The notes beneath the pieces are model-generated. The model was not told where the DNA came from and did not search any database. It saw only the letters and a list, made by a program, of their open reading frames with translations. Positions 55,219-64,000 of a stretch of DNA of 64,000 nucleotides are shown here, piece by piece. Within the stretch, counting starts at the first letter, position 1. Each line of letters opens with the position of its first letter. Origin of the DNA: Candidatus Gastranaerophilales bacterium (lineage in GTDB: Bacteria > Cyanobacteriota > Vampirovibrionia > Gastranaerophilales > Gastranaerophilaceae); NCBI GenBank assembly GCA_944323265.1, contig CALURX010000001.1, positions 39,430-103,429 on the forward strand, written 5' to 3'. The position numbers and the translations under genes are program-made.

Positions 55219-56502
55219 ATGATTGAGAGATATTCAAGAGAAGAAATAAAAAAGATTTGGGATTTAGAAGTCAAGTTTGCGTATTATTTAAAAGTAGAAT
55301 TGGCTGTTTGTGAGGCTTATTATCAACTGGGTGTTATTCCCGGTGAAAATTTAAGGGAAATACGAGAGAAGGCATCTTTTACGGTAGAAAGAATTGATGA
55401 AATTGAGCGGGAAGTTCGTCATGATGTCATAGCGTTTTTAACGGCGGTTAACGAATCTTTGGGCGCTGAAAACGCGAAATATATGCACATGGGCATGACA
55501 AGCTCTGATGTTATAGATACAGCGTTTGCTTTGCAGATAAAAGACAGCTCAGAAATTATATTAAAAGACTTGGCAGAACTTATAGATGTTCTTAAAGAAC
55601 TTGCTTTCAAGTATAAAAATACTGTTTGCATAGGACGCTCTCATGGGGTTCATGCAGAAGTCACGACATTTGGGTTTAAACTTCTGAACTGGCTGGATGA
55701 AATTACTCGTGCGAATGAAAGCTTTAAAGCTGCTTTAGAAGAAATTACAGTCGGACAAATATCCGGCCCGGTTGGAACTTACAGCAACATTCCTCCGGAT
55801 GTTGAAGAAATAGCTTGCAAAGAGCTGGGCTTAAAGAGCGCTAAAATTTCAACACAAATTATATCAAGAGACAGACACGCAAAATTTATGGCCTCTTTGG
55901 CTCTTATAGCAAGTCTTATAGAACAGTTTGCAACAGAAATAAGACATTTACAGAAAACAGAGGTTAGAGAGGTTGAAGAAGGTTTTGGTGTTCATCAAAA
56001 GGGCTCATCAGCTATGCCGCATAAGAAAAACCCTGTTTTATGCGAGAATTTATGCGGACTTGCAAGGGTTGTACGCTCAAATGCGCTTGCGGCATTCGAA
56101 AATATTAATCTTTGGCATGAAAGAGATATTTCTCACAGCTCTGCTGAAAGGATTATATTTCCAGACTCTTTGATTCTTATAGATTTTATGCTTCACAGGT
56201 TCTGCAGCGTTATGAAAAACCTTGTAGTTCATCAAGACAATATGCTTAAAAATACTCATCTGTATGGTGGTATTGTGTATTCACAGAAGGTTTTGCTTAA
56301 GCTAATTGAAAAAGGGCATACAAGGGAAGACGCATATAGAATTGTTCAAAAACACGCTTTAAATGCCTTAAATGGGGGTAATTTTAAGCAGGAGCTGCTG
56401 GAAGATAGAGAAGTTAACCTATCCGCCGAAGAAATTGAATCCTGTTTTGATGTAAATGATTATCTAAAAAATATTGATATCGTTTTCAAGCGCTTTGAAT
56501 AA
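55219..56502 (+). CDS. purB: Adenylosuccinate lyase
   Basis: MIERYSREE, RHDVIAF, HMGMTSSD, GRSHGVHAE, GSSAMPHKKNP, ERDISHSSAER; start set to 55219. Confidence 0.97.
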   Translation: MIERYSREEIKKIWDLEVKFAYYLKVELAVCEAYYQLGVIPGENLREIREKASFTVERIDEIEREVRHDVIAFLTAVNESLGAENAKYMHMGMTSSDVIDTAFALQIKDSSEIILKDLAELIDVLKELAFKYKNTVCIGRSHGVHAEVTTFGFKLLNWLDEITRANESFKAALEEITVGQISGPVGTYSNIPPDVEEIACKELGLKSAKISTQIISRDRHAKFMASLALIASLIEQFATEIRHLQKTEVREVEEGFGVHQKGSSAMPHKKNPVLCENLCGLARVVRSNALAAFENINLWHERDISHSSAERIIFPDSLILIDFMLHRFCSVMKNLVVHQDNMLKNTHLYGGIVYSQKVLLKLIEKGHTREDAYRIVQKHALNALNGGNFKQELLEDREVNLSAEEIESCFDVNDYLKNIDIVFKRFE

Positions 56503-56742
56503 ATTATCCATAACAAACAAAAAGCCGCAATCTGTTGCGGCATTAACTCACGTTAGATAAAGGAGTGGAGGAGAAAATAAAGAAAAGAGATTATACTTTA
56601 TATATTCCACATTTAAATTTTTTATAACACTTTTATATCAAAAATATGTAAAATTGTTACAATTCTTAACAATTTAAACTCTTAACATAAGCTTTGATTC
56701 AAATTTTATTTATTGTATAATTCCTTTATGGGAGGATAAAGA

Positions 56743-57489
56743 ATGATTAATGTTGCAGTGTGCGGCGCAAACGGAAAGATGGGGCAGGAGGTAGTTAGGG
56801 CGGTCACTAATGCAGAGGACATGTCTCTGGTTGCCAAAATTGATATTCTTGACGGTCAGTTTGCTTCAATAAAAGAGGCTAAAGATTCCGTAAATATCGA
56901 TGTGTTGATAGACTTTACACAGCCCAAATCAATATATGAAAACGCTTTGTACTGCTTAAATAATCAAATCCCTATAGTTATAGGAACAACAGGTCTGAGC
57001 GATGAACAGATTAGTGAACTGAAGTCTCTTTCAGAAAGTGAAAAGACCGGCTGTCTTATTGCACCAAACTTCTCCACTGGTGCGGTATTAATGATGAAAT
57101 TTGCCCAGATGGCTTCTAAATATTTTAAAAACGCGGAGATTATAGAACTTCATCATAATCAGAAAAAGGATGCTCCGTCCGGAACTTCCGTAAAGACCGC
57201 TTTAATGATGGCACAAGAGAACCCCGATTTTACATCCGGTAATTGTCCGGAAGTTGAGACAATAAGAGGTGCCAGAGGCGGTGTATCATATAATAATATA
57301 CATATTCACTCGATGCGTATGCCCGGATATATAGCTTCTCAGGAGGTTTTATTCGGAGCAAGCGGACAGATACTAACAATAAGGCATGATTCAATGAATA
57401 GAGAATGCTATATGGATGGTGTTCTGCTTGCAACAAGATATATTAATACACATAAAGAGTTTATATACGGCCTTGAGAACATACTATAG
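56743..57489 (+). CDS. dapB: 4-hydroxy-tetrahydrodipicolinate reductase
   Basis: GANGKMG, VIGTTG, APNFS, IELHHNQKKDAPSGT, IRHDS. Confidence 0.96.
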   Translation: MINVAVCGANGKMGQEVVRAVTNAEDMSLVAKIDILDGQFASIKEAKDSVNIDVLIDFTQPKSIYENALYCLNNQIPIVIGTTGLSDEQISELKSLSESEKTGCLIAPNFSTGAVLMMKFAQMASKYFKNAEIIELHHNQKKDAPSGTSVKTALMMAQENPDFTSGNCPEVETIRGARGGVSYNNIHIHSMRMPGYIASQEVLFGASGQILTIRHDSMNRECYMDGVLLATRYINTHKEFIYGLENIL

Positions 57490-57497
57490 GAGAAGAC

Positions 57498-58514
57498 ATG
57501 AGAAAACCAAGAATTGCAATTTTAGGTGCGACAGGTGTAGTCGGAAGAGAGATTACAAAGATTACAGATGAGCTCAATGTAGAGTTTGAAAGTATTAAAT
57601 TTTTATCCAGCGCAAAAAGTGCAGGAACAAAGATTAATTTTCAAGGCAAGGAATACACGGTAATTGAAGCTGTGCCGGAAGTTTTTGATGATGTTGATAT
57701 TGTTATGGCATCAGCCGGCGGTTCTACAAGTTTAAAATTTGCACCCGAGATTGTAAAACGAGGCGGAGTTATTATTGATAATTCTTCTGCTTTCAGGATG
57801 GAAAAAGACGTGCCGCTTGTTATTGCCGGTGTAAATGATGATGATTTGCGCAAGCATAAGGGAATTATTGCAAACCCGAATTGCTCAACGTCTCAATTAA
57901 TGCTTGTTTTAAAGCCTCTTAATGAAATAGCCAAAATTAAACGATTAATAGTGTCTACGTATCAAGCTGTTTCAGGAGCAGGGCTTGCAGCTATTAATGA
58001 ATTGAGAGAAGATACTATCGCTAATCTTGAGGGCAAACCTTTTGAAAATAAATGCTTCAAAAAGCCAATTTCATTCAATGTTATTCCTCAAATAGACGTC
58101 TTTTGCGATAATGGGTATACAAAAGAAGAGATGAAAGTTGTAAATGAGACTAAGAAAATTCTCCACCTGAGCGATGACACACCGATTTCTTGTACGGCAG
58201 CGAGAGTGCCGGTCTTTAACGGTCACAGCGAGGCTGTTGATATAGAATTTGAAAAGAACATAACTCCGGATGAAGTAAGAGAAATTTTGAGTAATTCTTT
58301 TGGGGTTAAGGTAATCGATAATCCTGAAAATTACGAATATCCGACAACTCGTGATGCAAGTGGCGTTGATCCGGTATTTGTCGGACGTATAAGAAAGAAT
58401 CTGGCTTTCAATAATGGTATATCTCTCTGGTGCGTTGCTGATAATCTTAGAATAGGTGCAGCTTTAAATACAGTAAGATTATGCAAAAAAGTTATTGAAA
58501 TGCAATTGTTTTAA
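57498..58514 (+). CDS. asd: Aspartate-semialdehyde dehydrogenase
   Basis: GATGVVG, IDNSSAFRM, ANPNCST, RVPVFNGHSE, DNLRIGAALN. Confidence 0.97.
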   Translation: MRKPRIAILGATGVVGREITKITDELNVEFESIKFLSSAKSAGTKINFQGKEYTVIEAVPEVFDDVDIVMASAGGSTSLKFAPEIVKRGGVIIDNSSAFRMEKDVPLVIAGVNDDDLRKHKGIIANPNCSTSQLMLVLKPLNEIAKIKRLIVSTYQAVSGAGLAAINELREDTIANLEGKPFENKCFKKPISFNVIPQIDVFCDNGYTKEEMKVVNETKKILHLSDDTPISCTAARVPVFNGHSEAVDIEFEKNITPDEVREILSNSFGVKVIDNPENYEYPTTRDASGVDPVFVGRIRKNLAFNNGISLWCVADNLRIGAALNTVRLCKKVIEMQLF

Positions 58515-58525
58515 GGGGACAGATT

Positions 58526-58729
58526 ATGAATATAAAGAAGATTGCAGCAAATATTTCGATTAAACCGACTGATAGAAAAATAAAAAAAGCAAAACAAATG
58601 GCAGAACATTCAGGAGTTTTACCTAAAGAAATGCCAATAGAAAAGAAGTTCTTTTTAGAGCCAAATTCAGACTCGTTTGAAAGAATTAAAGACAAGATTC
58701 AAGTAAGCATAGATCAAATGAAAAGGTAG
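58526..58729 (+). CDS. Small hypothetical protein
   Basis: 67-aa ORF with AAGGGG SD filling the gap between asd and the next gene. Confidence 0.55.
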   Translation: MNIKKIAANISIKPTDRKIKKAKQMAEHSGVLPKEMPIEKKFFLEPNSDSFERIKDKIQVSIDQMKR

Positions 58730-58735
58730 GAATTT

Positions 58736-59203
58736 TTGGGAAAACTGGTCTCACAAGAAGAAATAATCAATATTGTAAGAAACGGTCAGGCAGAGGGCAA
58801 GACATTTGCCGCTACAAACGGCTGCTTTGATATCCTCCATGTCGGGCATGTCAGATATCTTCAAAAGACAAAGTCTCTTGCAGATTATTCAATAGTTATG
58901 CTTAATTCAGACAAGTCAGTAAAGATGATAAAAGGCGAAAACAGACCAATAAATTGCGAGCAGGACAGAGCAGAAATATTAAATGCTTTGATATGTGTTG
59001 ATTATGTGGTATTATTTGAAGAGAAGTCACCGGCAAAACTGCTGGAAGCTATAAAACCTGATATCTATACAAAAGGCGCTGACTACTCTTTGGAGACTTT
59101 GCCCGAACGAGATATAGTTATAAAAAATAATATAAAAGTAGTGTTCATAGACTTTGTTCAGGGAAAGTCAACAACAAATGTTATAAATAAGTGTGTAGGA
59201 TAA
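58736..59203 (+). CDS. rfaE2: D-glycero-beta-D-manno-heptose 1-phosphate adenylyltransferase (RfaE domain II)
   Basis: TNGCFDILHVGHVRYL, LNSDKSV...KGENRP, KGADY, GKSTT. Confidence 0.9.
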   Translation: MGKLVSQEEIINIVRNGQAEGKTFAATNGCFDILHVGHVRYLQKTKSLADYSIVMLNSDKSVKMIKGENRPINCEQDRAEILNALICVDYVVLFEEKSPAKLLEAIKPDIYTKGADYSLETLPERDIVIKNNIKVVFIDFVQGKSTTNVINKCVG

Positions 59204-59218
59204 ATAAAGGAGTGTACT

Positions 59219-60319
59219 ATGAAAACTTTCACATTGGAACAGATAGCACAAATTACCGGCGGAATGCTTTCAAAGGCAAAAGATGTTGCCATCACAAGAA
59301 TAGCGCCTCCGCTTCTGGCAGATGAAAATACATTAGCGCTTGCTCTTGGAGAAGAAGAGATTGCAAACTTAAGCTCTACAAAAGCAAAAGCTGCTCTTGT
59401 TCCTTTGGGAGTTAATATAGACGGATTTTCTACAATAGAAGTAGAACGTCCTCGTTTGGCTATGATGAAACTTATATCAATGTTCTATGAAGAGCCGCAT
59501 GTAAATTCCGGCATTCACCCGACTGCAGTTGTTCATCCTTCTGCAAAAATCGGCGAAAATGTTTCATTGGGGCCAAATGTAGTAATAGGTGAAAACGCAC
59601 AAATCGGAAACAATACAAAAATTCTTGCAAACGGATATATTGGAAACGGTGCAATAATCGGTGCAGACTGTTTCTTCCACCCTGCTGTATGCGTAGGAGA
59701 TAGAGTTAAAGTCGGAAACAAGGTTATTCTTCACCACGGTGTATCTCTGGGTGCTGACGGATTCAGCTTTGTTACAGAAAATCCTAATAACATTGAACAA
59801 GCAAGAAAAGACGGCGAAATTAAGGAAAATGACGTTGAACAAGTAATATTTAAAATACCTTCAATCGGTTCAGTTGAAATCGGTAATAACGTTGAAATTG
59901 GTGCAAATACTGCAATTGACAGAGGTACAATAGAAAATACCACCGTCGGCGACAACACAAAAATTGATGACCTCGTAATGATTGGCCATAACTGCCGTAT
60001 CGGAAAAGGCTGCATGATAGTATCTCAAGTTGGTATTGCAGGAAGCTGTGTAATCGGCGACAGAGTTGTTATAGCAGGTCAGGCTGGACTTGCTGATCAT
60101 ATCAGTATCGGTGATGATACAATTATTGCAGCTCAATCAGGTGTTACTAAGAGTTTCCCTGCAAAATCTATTGTAGTTGGCGCTCCTGCTGTTCCGAGAA
60201 AAGAATTTATCAAACAGCTTAAAATAATGAAAGACGCCGGCGATTTGATAGCTAAGTTCAAAAAATACGAACCGCTGTTACGCTCTTTTGAAGAAAGCGT
60301 TGGGGCTGAAAAGCACTAG
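59219..60319 (+). CDS. lpxD: UDP-3-O-(3-hydroxyacyl)glucosamine N-acyltransferase
   Basis: Hexapeptide repeats, GADGF, VEIGANTAIDRG, KIDDLVMIGHN, QVGIAGS. Confidence 0.95.
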   Translation: MKTFTLEQIAQITGGMLSKAKDVAITRIAPPLLADENTLALALGEEEIANLSSTKAKAALVPLGVNIDGFSTIEVERPRLAMMKLISMFYEEPHVNSGIHPTAVVHPSAKIGENVSLGPNVVIGENAQIGNNTKILANGYIGNGAIIGADCFFHPAVCVGDRVKVGNKVILHHGVSLGADGFSFVTENPNNIEQARKDGEIKENDVEQVIFKIPSIGSVEIGNNVEIGANTAIDRGTIENTTVGDNTKIDDLVMIGHNCRIGKGCMIVSQVGIAGSCVIGDRVVIAGQAGLADHISIGDDTIIAAQSGVTKSFPAKSIVVGAPAVPRKEFIKQLKIMKDAGDLIAKFKKYEPLLRSFEESVGAEKH

Positions 60320-60331
60320 AAAGGTTAATAA

Positions 60332-61168
60332 ATGGTTACAATAAAGAACGAAATAAAGACATTTGGAAAATCTTTAATGAAAAACCGTAATTGTGATGTG
60401 CTTATAAAGCCGTCCAGAGGCGGTAATATCAGAATATTTTCCAAGGGCTCTGATGTTCCGTTTAATGTCTGCATAGAAAATTTGTATTCGACAGAGCACT
60501 GTGTAACCCTTTGCAGTAAGGAGCACAGAACTCTACTCGGTGATTATAAATACAAAGTAATGCTATGCGAACACTTTATTGCAGCCTGTGCAATCTGCGG
60601 TATAGATTCTATTGACGTATACCTTTCTGAAACGGAAATGCCTATCTTTGACGGCAGCTCTAAGGTTTGGGTTGAATTATTCAAACAAGCGGGTATTGAT
60701 GGGGTAAATAATGACCTTTATACAGTAAGCGAGCCTGTATATTACCTTAATGGAAAGACCAGCCTTGTGATTCTTCCTGACAAAGAGTTAAGAATAACTT
60801 ATGCAGTTAATTACGACCATCCGGATTTACGCCAAAGATGGGTTACGATGGATAATAATAACCTCGATGAAATCATTGAGGCAAGAACTTTCGGCTTCTA
60901 TAAAGACCTTAAAAAGTTCCAGATGCTGGGTTTTGCAAAAGGTGTAACGATTGATAACACAGTCGGCTTAAAGGACGAAGGTTTCACAACTGAATTACGT
61001 TCTGAACTTGAGCCTGTAAAACATAAAATACTGGATTTAATTGGGGATTTGTACCTCACAGGAGTTTCCCCTCTTAATATGAGAGCCCAAATATTAGTAA
61101 AGGAAGCAGGGCATGCTGTCCATACAAAAGTCGCACAAATATTGAAAAATAAGTTAGTTAAAATATAA
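60332..61168 (+). CDS. lpxC: UDP-3-O-acyl-GlcNAc deacetylase
   Basis: CEHFIAA, EMPIFDGSS, ARTFGF, EPVKHKILDLIGDL, AGH. Confidence 0.92.
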   Translation: MVTIKNEIKTFGKSLMKNRNCDVLIKPSRGGNIRIFSKGSDVPFNVCIENLYSTEHCVTLCSKEHRTLLGDYKYKVMLCEHFIAACAICGIDSIDVYLSETEMPIFDGSSKVWVELFKQAGIDGVNNDLYTVSEPVYYLNGKTSLVILPDKELRITYAVNYDHPDLRQRWVTMDNNNLDEIIEARTFGFYKDLKKFQMLGFAKGVTIDNTVGLKDEGFTTELRSELEPVKHKILDLIGDLYLTGVSPLNMRAQILVKEAGHAVHTKVAQILKNKLVKI

Positions 61169-61179
61169 GGAGAAAAATT

Positions 61180-61635
61180 ATGATTGAAGAAGTAAAAGAA
61201 GGAGAAGTTATATCATTAGATATTCAGGATTTGATGCAAATGCTTCCGCACAGATATCCGTTTCTTTTGGTAGACAGAATCACAGAATGTGTTCCGGGAA
61301 AATATGCTAAGGGATACAAAAACCTTACAATGAATGAAGAATTTTTCCAGGGTCATTTCCCTGGCAACCCTGTAATGCCTGGAGTTTTGCAGCTTGAAGC
61401 TCTTGCACAATGTTCTGCTCCTGTTCTTATGACACTTCCTGAGTACAAAGGGAAATTGACATTATACGCAGGCGTTGACAATGTAAGGTTCAAAAACATC
61501 GTAAGACCTGGTGACAGATTTGATATGGTTATTGAATTAGTTAAGGTAAAAGGTCCTATCTGCAAGAGCCATGGTGTTGGCTATGTTGATGGAAAAGTCT
61601 GCATTGAAGCTGATATGACAGTTGCTTTAAAATAA
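61180..61635 (+). CDS. fabZ: 3-hydroxyacyl-ACP dehydratase
   Basis: LPHRYPFLLVDR, FQGHFPGNPVMPGVLQLEALAQ. Confidence 0.97.
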   Translation: MIEEVKEGEVISLDIQDLMQMLPHRYPFLLVDRITECVPGKYAKGYKNLTMNEEFFQGHFPGNPVMPGVLQLEALAQCSAPVLMTLPEYKGKLTLYAGVDNVRFKNIVRPGDRFDMVIELVKVKGPICKSHGVGYVDGKVCIEADMTVALK

Positions 61636-61732
61636 AGTTTGGTATTAAAAACTGTAAAGCCTCATCTTTTTTAAGGTGGGGCTTTTTTCGTATGCGGGGG
61701 AGGTTTGGTAGCTGCTTTTTTACTAAAAAACA

Positions 61733-61764
61733 ACAGAAGCGGATTTAACCAAATCCGCTTCTGT
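61733..61764 (-). terminator. Hairpin terminator downstream of the 61801-63693 gene
   Basis: AACAGAAGCGGATTT-aacc-AAATCCGCTTCTGTT. Confidence 0.75.
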
Positions 61765-61800
61765 TTATGTGTAAAATATAATTAGTTATGAATTAGGGGG

Positions 61801-63693
61801 TTAGTTCTTTTTAGAAGAAGCAACAGCGTAACCGCCGAGTCCGAGAACGATAGCTGCAATAGCTGCGTTGAGCCATCTGTTTGGTCCCTTGATCTTGCTC
61901 AAGTCTTTTTCAAGAGCTTCTTTAGCGGCAGTCTTAGCTTTAGAAACGGCTTCTTCTTTATTAACAGCTATGCCTTTGTCTTTAAGGATTTTTTCTAATT
62001 CTTCCTGAGTCAAATCCTTAGCCTTGAGACCTAATTTCTCAGCTTCTTTTTCAGCCGCTTCTTTTGCCGCTTTTAAGTCTGTTGCGGCTTTTTTACCTTC
62101 AATCGCTTTTTTAGCTGCTTCTTCTGCTTTTGTTGCAATTTCATCAGCAGAAAGTGTTGATTTAGCGCTATAGACACCAGGGAATTGTTCAGCTAATTGT
62201 TGTCTTGCTCTGAGAACAGCTTTATCATTAGCAATCGCATCAGCTATCTTGTTATCAAATTCCTGTATAATCGCGTTATTTCTTACACAATTTGCTAATC
62301 GGTTTTGTATAGCCTTGTTTTGTCTTGTATAATTGTTATAAACACTTTGTCTTGCCTGAGCTTGTGTCAAAGCTTCTTCTACTGTTGCAGTGCCGTAGTT
62401 TCCTTTCAAGCCTGCCGGTAGAGTGGTACTTCCTGCCTTTTTAGCCGCATCCAATGCCTTGATGTCATCAGCATAACCGAGAGCACCTTCAGTCTTAATC
62501 TTAGCTAAATCCAATGTATCAGTGGCAGTATTATATAAACCTGTCTGTTGCGCTAGATTACCCTTAATACTTTTTTCGAAAGTTCCGTCAAAAGCTTTGA
62601 GTTCTCTATCTATTGCAACTGCTTTTTGTGTTTCAGCAAAAATCTGATCTGCGGCTTTTGTTCTTAAATTTGCAATACGCTCTTTTTCAGCTTTTAGCAG
62701 CTCATCATAAGCTTTTTCTTCAAAAATTACTGTCTTTGTTACATTACGTCCGGTAGCAGCATCTTTAACCGTTACGACAGTTGTCTTCATACCTGATGAC
62801 ACTTTTTCGCCCGGATTTAAGTCTCTGCCAATTGAAAGTATTTGTTCATCTGATAATTTTGTAATATCAGGATAATATTGTTTTGCAACATCAATAGCTC
62901 TTTGATATTGAGCAGTCGGTTTTGAACCGCCCAGAATTGACCAGGTAGTTTTATTATTAAAATATTCTACCACTTTGTCATCAGACATTCCTGCGGTATC
63001 GTGGATTGCGGCATTAAAACTCTGCGCAATCTTAGTCGAATAATTGGCCTTATCTGCTCTCAAGCCTGCATTCAGAGTTGCTTCAAGAGAAGCTTCAGCA
63101 TTACGTAAGTTGCCTGTCAATGTATTATACAAGGCTTCTACTTGATTACCCGGGATCTTTTTGCCTTTTAGTTTTCCAAAAGCGTATTCTGTCGGCAACT
63201 GTTCTGTTGTAATCTTATCAAAGGCTTTGATATCTTTTGTTGTAATATCCGCTACAGTGCCTCTTCCTAATTTTTTCTTTTCAGTTTCAACAAGATTTTT
63301 TAACTCATTGTCATAAGCTTCTTGTGCTGATTTTAATTTTTTAGCAGCTTCATTATCGGCAGGGAGTTCTCCTGCAGCTGTTTTGTGGGATTCTTTGATT
63401 TCTTTAACCTTAGCTTCCCACTCTTCGCCGGCTTTGTCTACAGCTTCTTTATGCTGTTTTGCCGTTTCCCAAAAGCTCTTGTTGTCTCCGCCCTTGTTGA
63501 TATTTTTTTCCAAAGTATCATTTGATTCTTTCAAAATATCTTCATAAGAAGAGTATTTTGGTTTGGTAACCCCAATCGGAGATAAACCGCCGGCTACAGC
63601 ACCAATAGCTGCTCCTCCTAATGCATAAGGCATTGTGTTGTCTTTGCGTTTTACCTGTGGGTTTACCGCTTGAATTGCTAATTCATCTGTCAT
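61801..63693 (-). CDS. Large helical hypothetical protein with N-terminal glycine-zipper and C-terminal TM anchor
   Basis: YALGGAAIGAVAGG near N-terminus, Ala/Lys-rich body, WLNAAIAAIVLGLGGYAVA at C-terminus; AGGAG SD. Confidence 0.82.
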   Translation of the reverse strand: MTDELAIQAVNPQVKRKDNTMPYALGGAAIGAVAGGLSPIGVTKPKYSSYEDILKESNDTLEKNINKGGDNKSFWETAKQHKEAVDKAGEEWEAKVKEIKESHKTAAGELPADNEAAKKLKSAQEAYDNELKNLVETEKKKLGRGTVADITTKDIKAFDKITTEQLPTEYAFGKLKGKKIPGNQVEALYNTLTGNLRNAEASLEATLNAGLRADKANYSTKIAQSFNAAIHDTAGMSDDKVVEYFNNKTTWSILGGSKPTAQYQRAIDVAKQYYPDITKLSDEQILSIGRDLNPGEKVSSGMKTTVVTVKDAATGRNVTKTVIFEEKAYDELLKAEKERIANLRTKAADQIFAETQKAVAIDRELKAFDGTFEKSIKGNLAQQTGLYNTATDTLDLAKIKTEGALGYADDIKALDAAKKAGSTTLPAGLKGNYGTATVEEALTQAQARQSVYNNYTRQNKAIQNRLANCVRNNAIIQEFDNKIADAIANDKAVLRARQQLAEQFPGVYSAKSTLSADEIATKAEEAAKKAIEGKKAATDLKAAKEAAEKEAEKLGLKAKDLTQEELEKILKDKGIAVNKEEAVSKAKTAAKEALEKDLSKIKGPNRWLNAAIAAIVLGLGGYAVASSKKN

Positions 63694-64000
63694 AACTAAT
63701 TACTCCTATATTTTACAACGTACTATTTCTATTCAATTTAATCCCATAAATTCTTACATCTTATCTGGTTTATATATATAAACACACGTGAGAAATAAAA
63801 ATTGCTAATTTTTTTTGTAAATTTTTCGGCTCAGCATGCCAACAAATCCTTAAACCATTATACTTGCTGAATTTCAGCTTACAAATTTGTATTTACAAAA
63901 GTTAACAAATTTAGTGAATTTTGTGAATAGTAACTAGTGAGGAGTGAATAGATTTTTTATTTCTTCTGAACTTCTAAACTCTTATTTTCCACTCTTCAAT

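Noticed and set aside
59472-60136. Stack of five antisense ORFs over lpxD (and similar shadows over nifS, mutL, nusG, transketolase)
   Set aside because: Shadow frames caused by repetitive codon usage of the real gene; no independent signals

Overview
64 kb of AT-rich bacterial chromosome. The gene set points to a non-photosynthetic cyanobacterial relative (Vampirovibrionia/Melainabacteria, probably Gastranaerophilales). This is an inference from lipid A/Kdo genes (lpxK, kdsB, lpxD, lpxC, fabZ, hldE-like) together with pdxJ, murT, dapL, ctpA, a NIF-type nifS-nifU pair and fermentative genes (oadG, acyl-CoA dehydratase-type subunit). Most of the window is housekeeping: rpmG-tRNA-Trp-secE-nusG-rplK-rplA, rplU-rpmA, rpmB, smpB, rnpB, tRNA-Leu, mutL, pgi, gpsA, glmU, purB, dapB, asd, bioF, ribH and murQ, interspersed with lineage-specific orphan genes. 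No CRISPR array, transposase, integrase or prophage was recognised. The strongest candidate for an undescribed system is at 36.0-38.1 kb. Two 28-bp dif-like sites (11-6-11 layout, same TATGTA spacer, 24/28 identical) lie in inverted orientation around a 340-bp segment holding a sigma70 promoter and a structured leader. This segment sits directly upstream of a chimeric gene: type IV prepilin N-terminus, YadA-like head repeats and a phage-tail-fibre S74 self-cleaving chaperone. The reading is a probable recombinase-flipped ON/OFF switch for a pilus-borne adhesin, with the recombinase encoded elsewhere. Other notable items are a (CTA)19 microsatellite forming a poly-Leu micro-ORF next to a sigma28-like promoter, a 200-bp degenerate duplication of the tRNA-Leu 3' end, a REP-like element in frame within lpxK, a lysozyme-LysM-amidase triple fusion, twin L1-binding-like operators, and HLR1-like tandem TTACA boxes.
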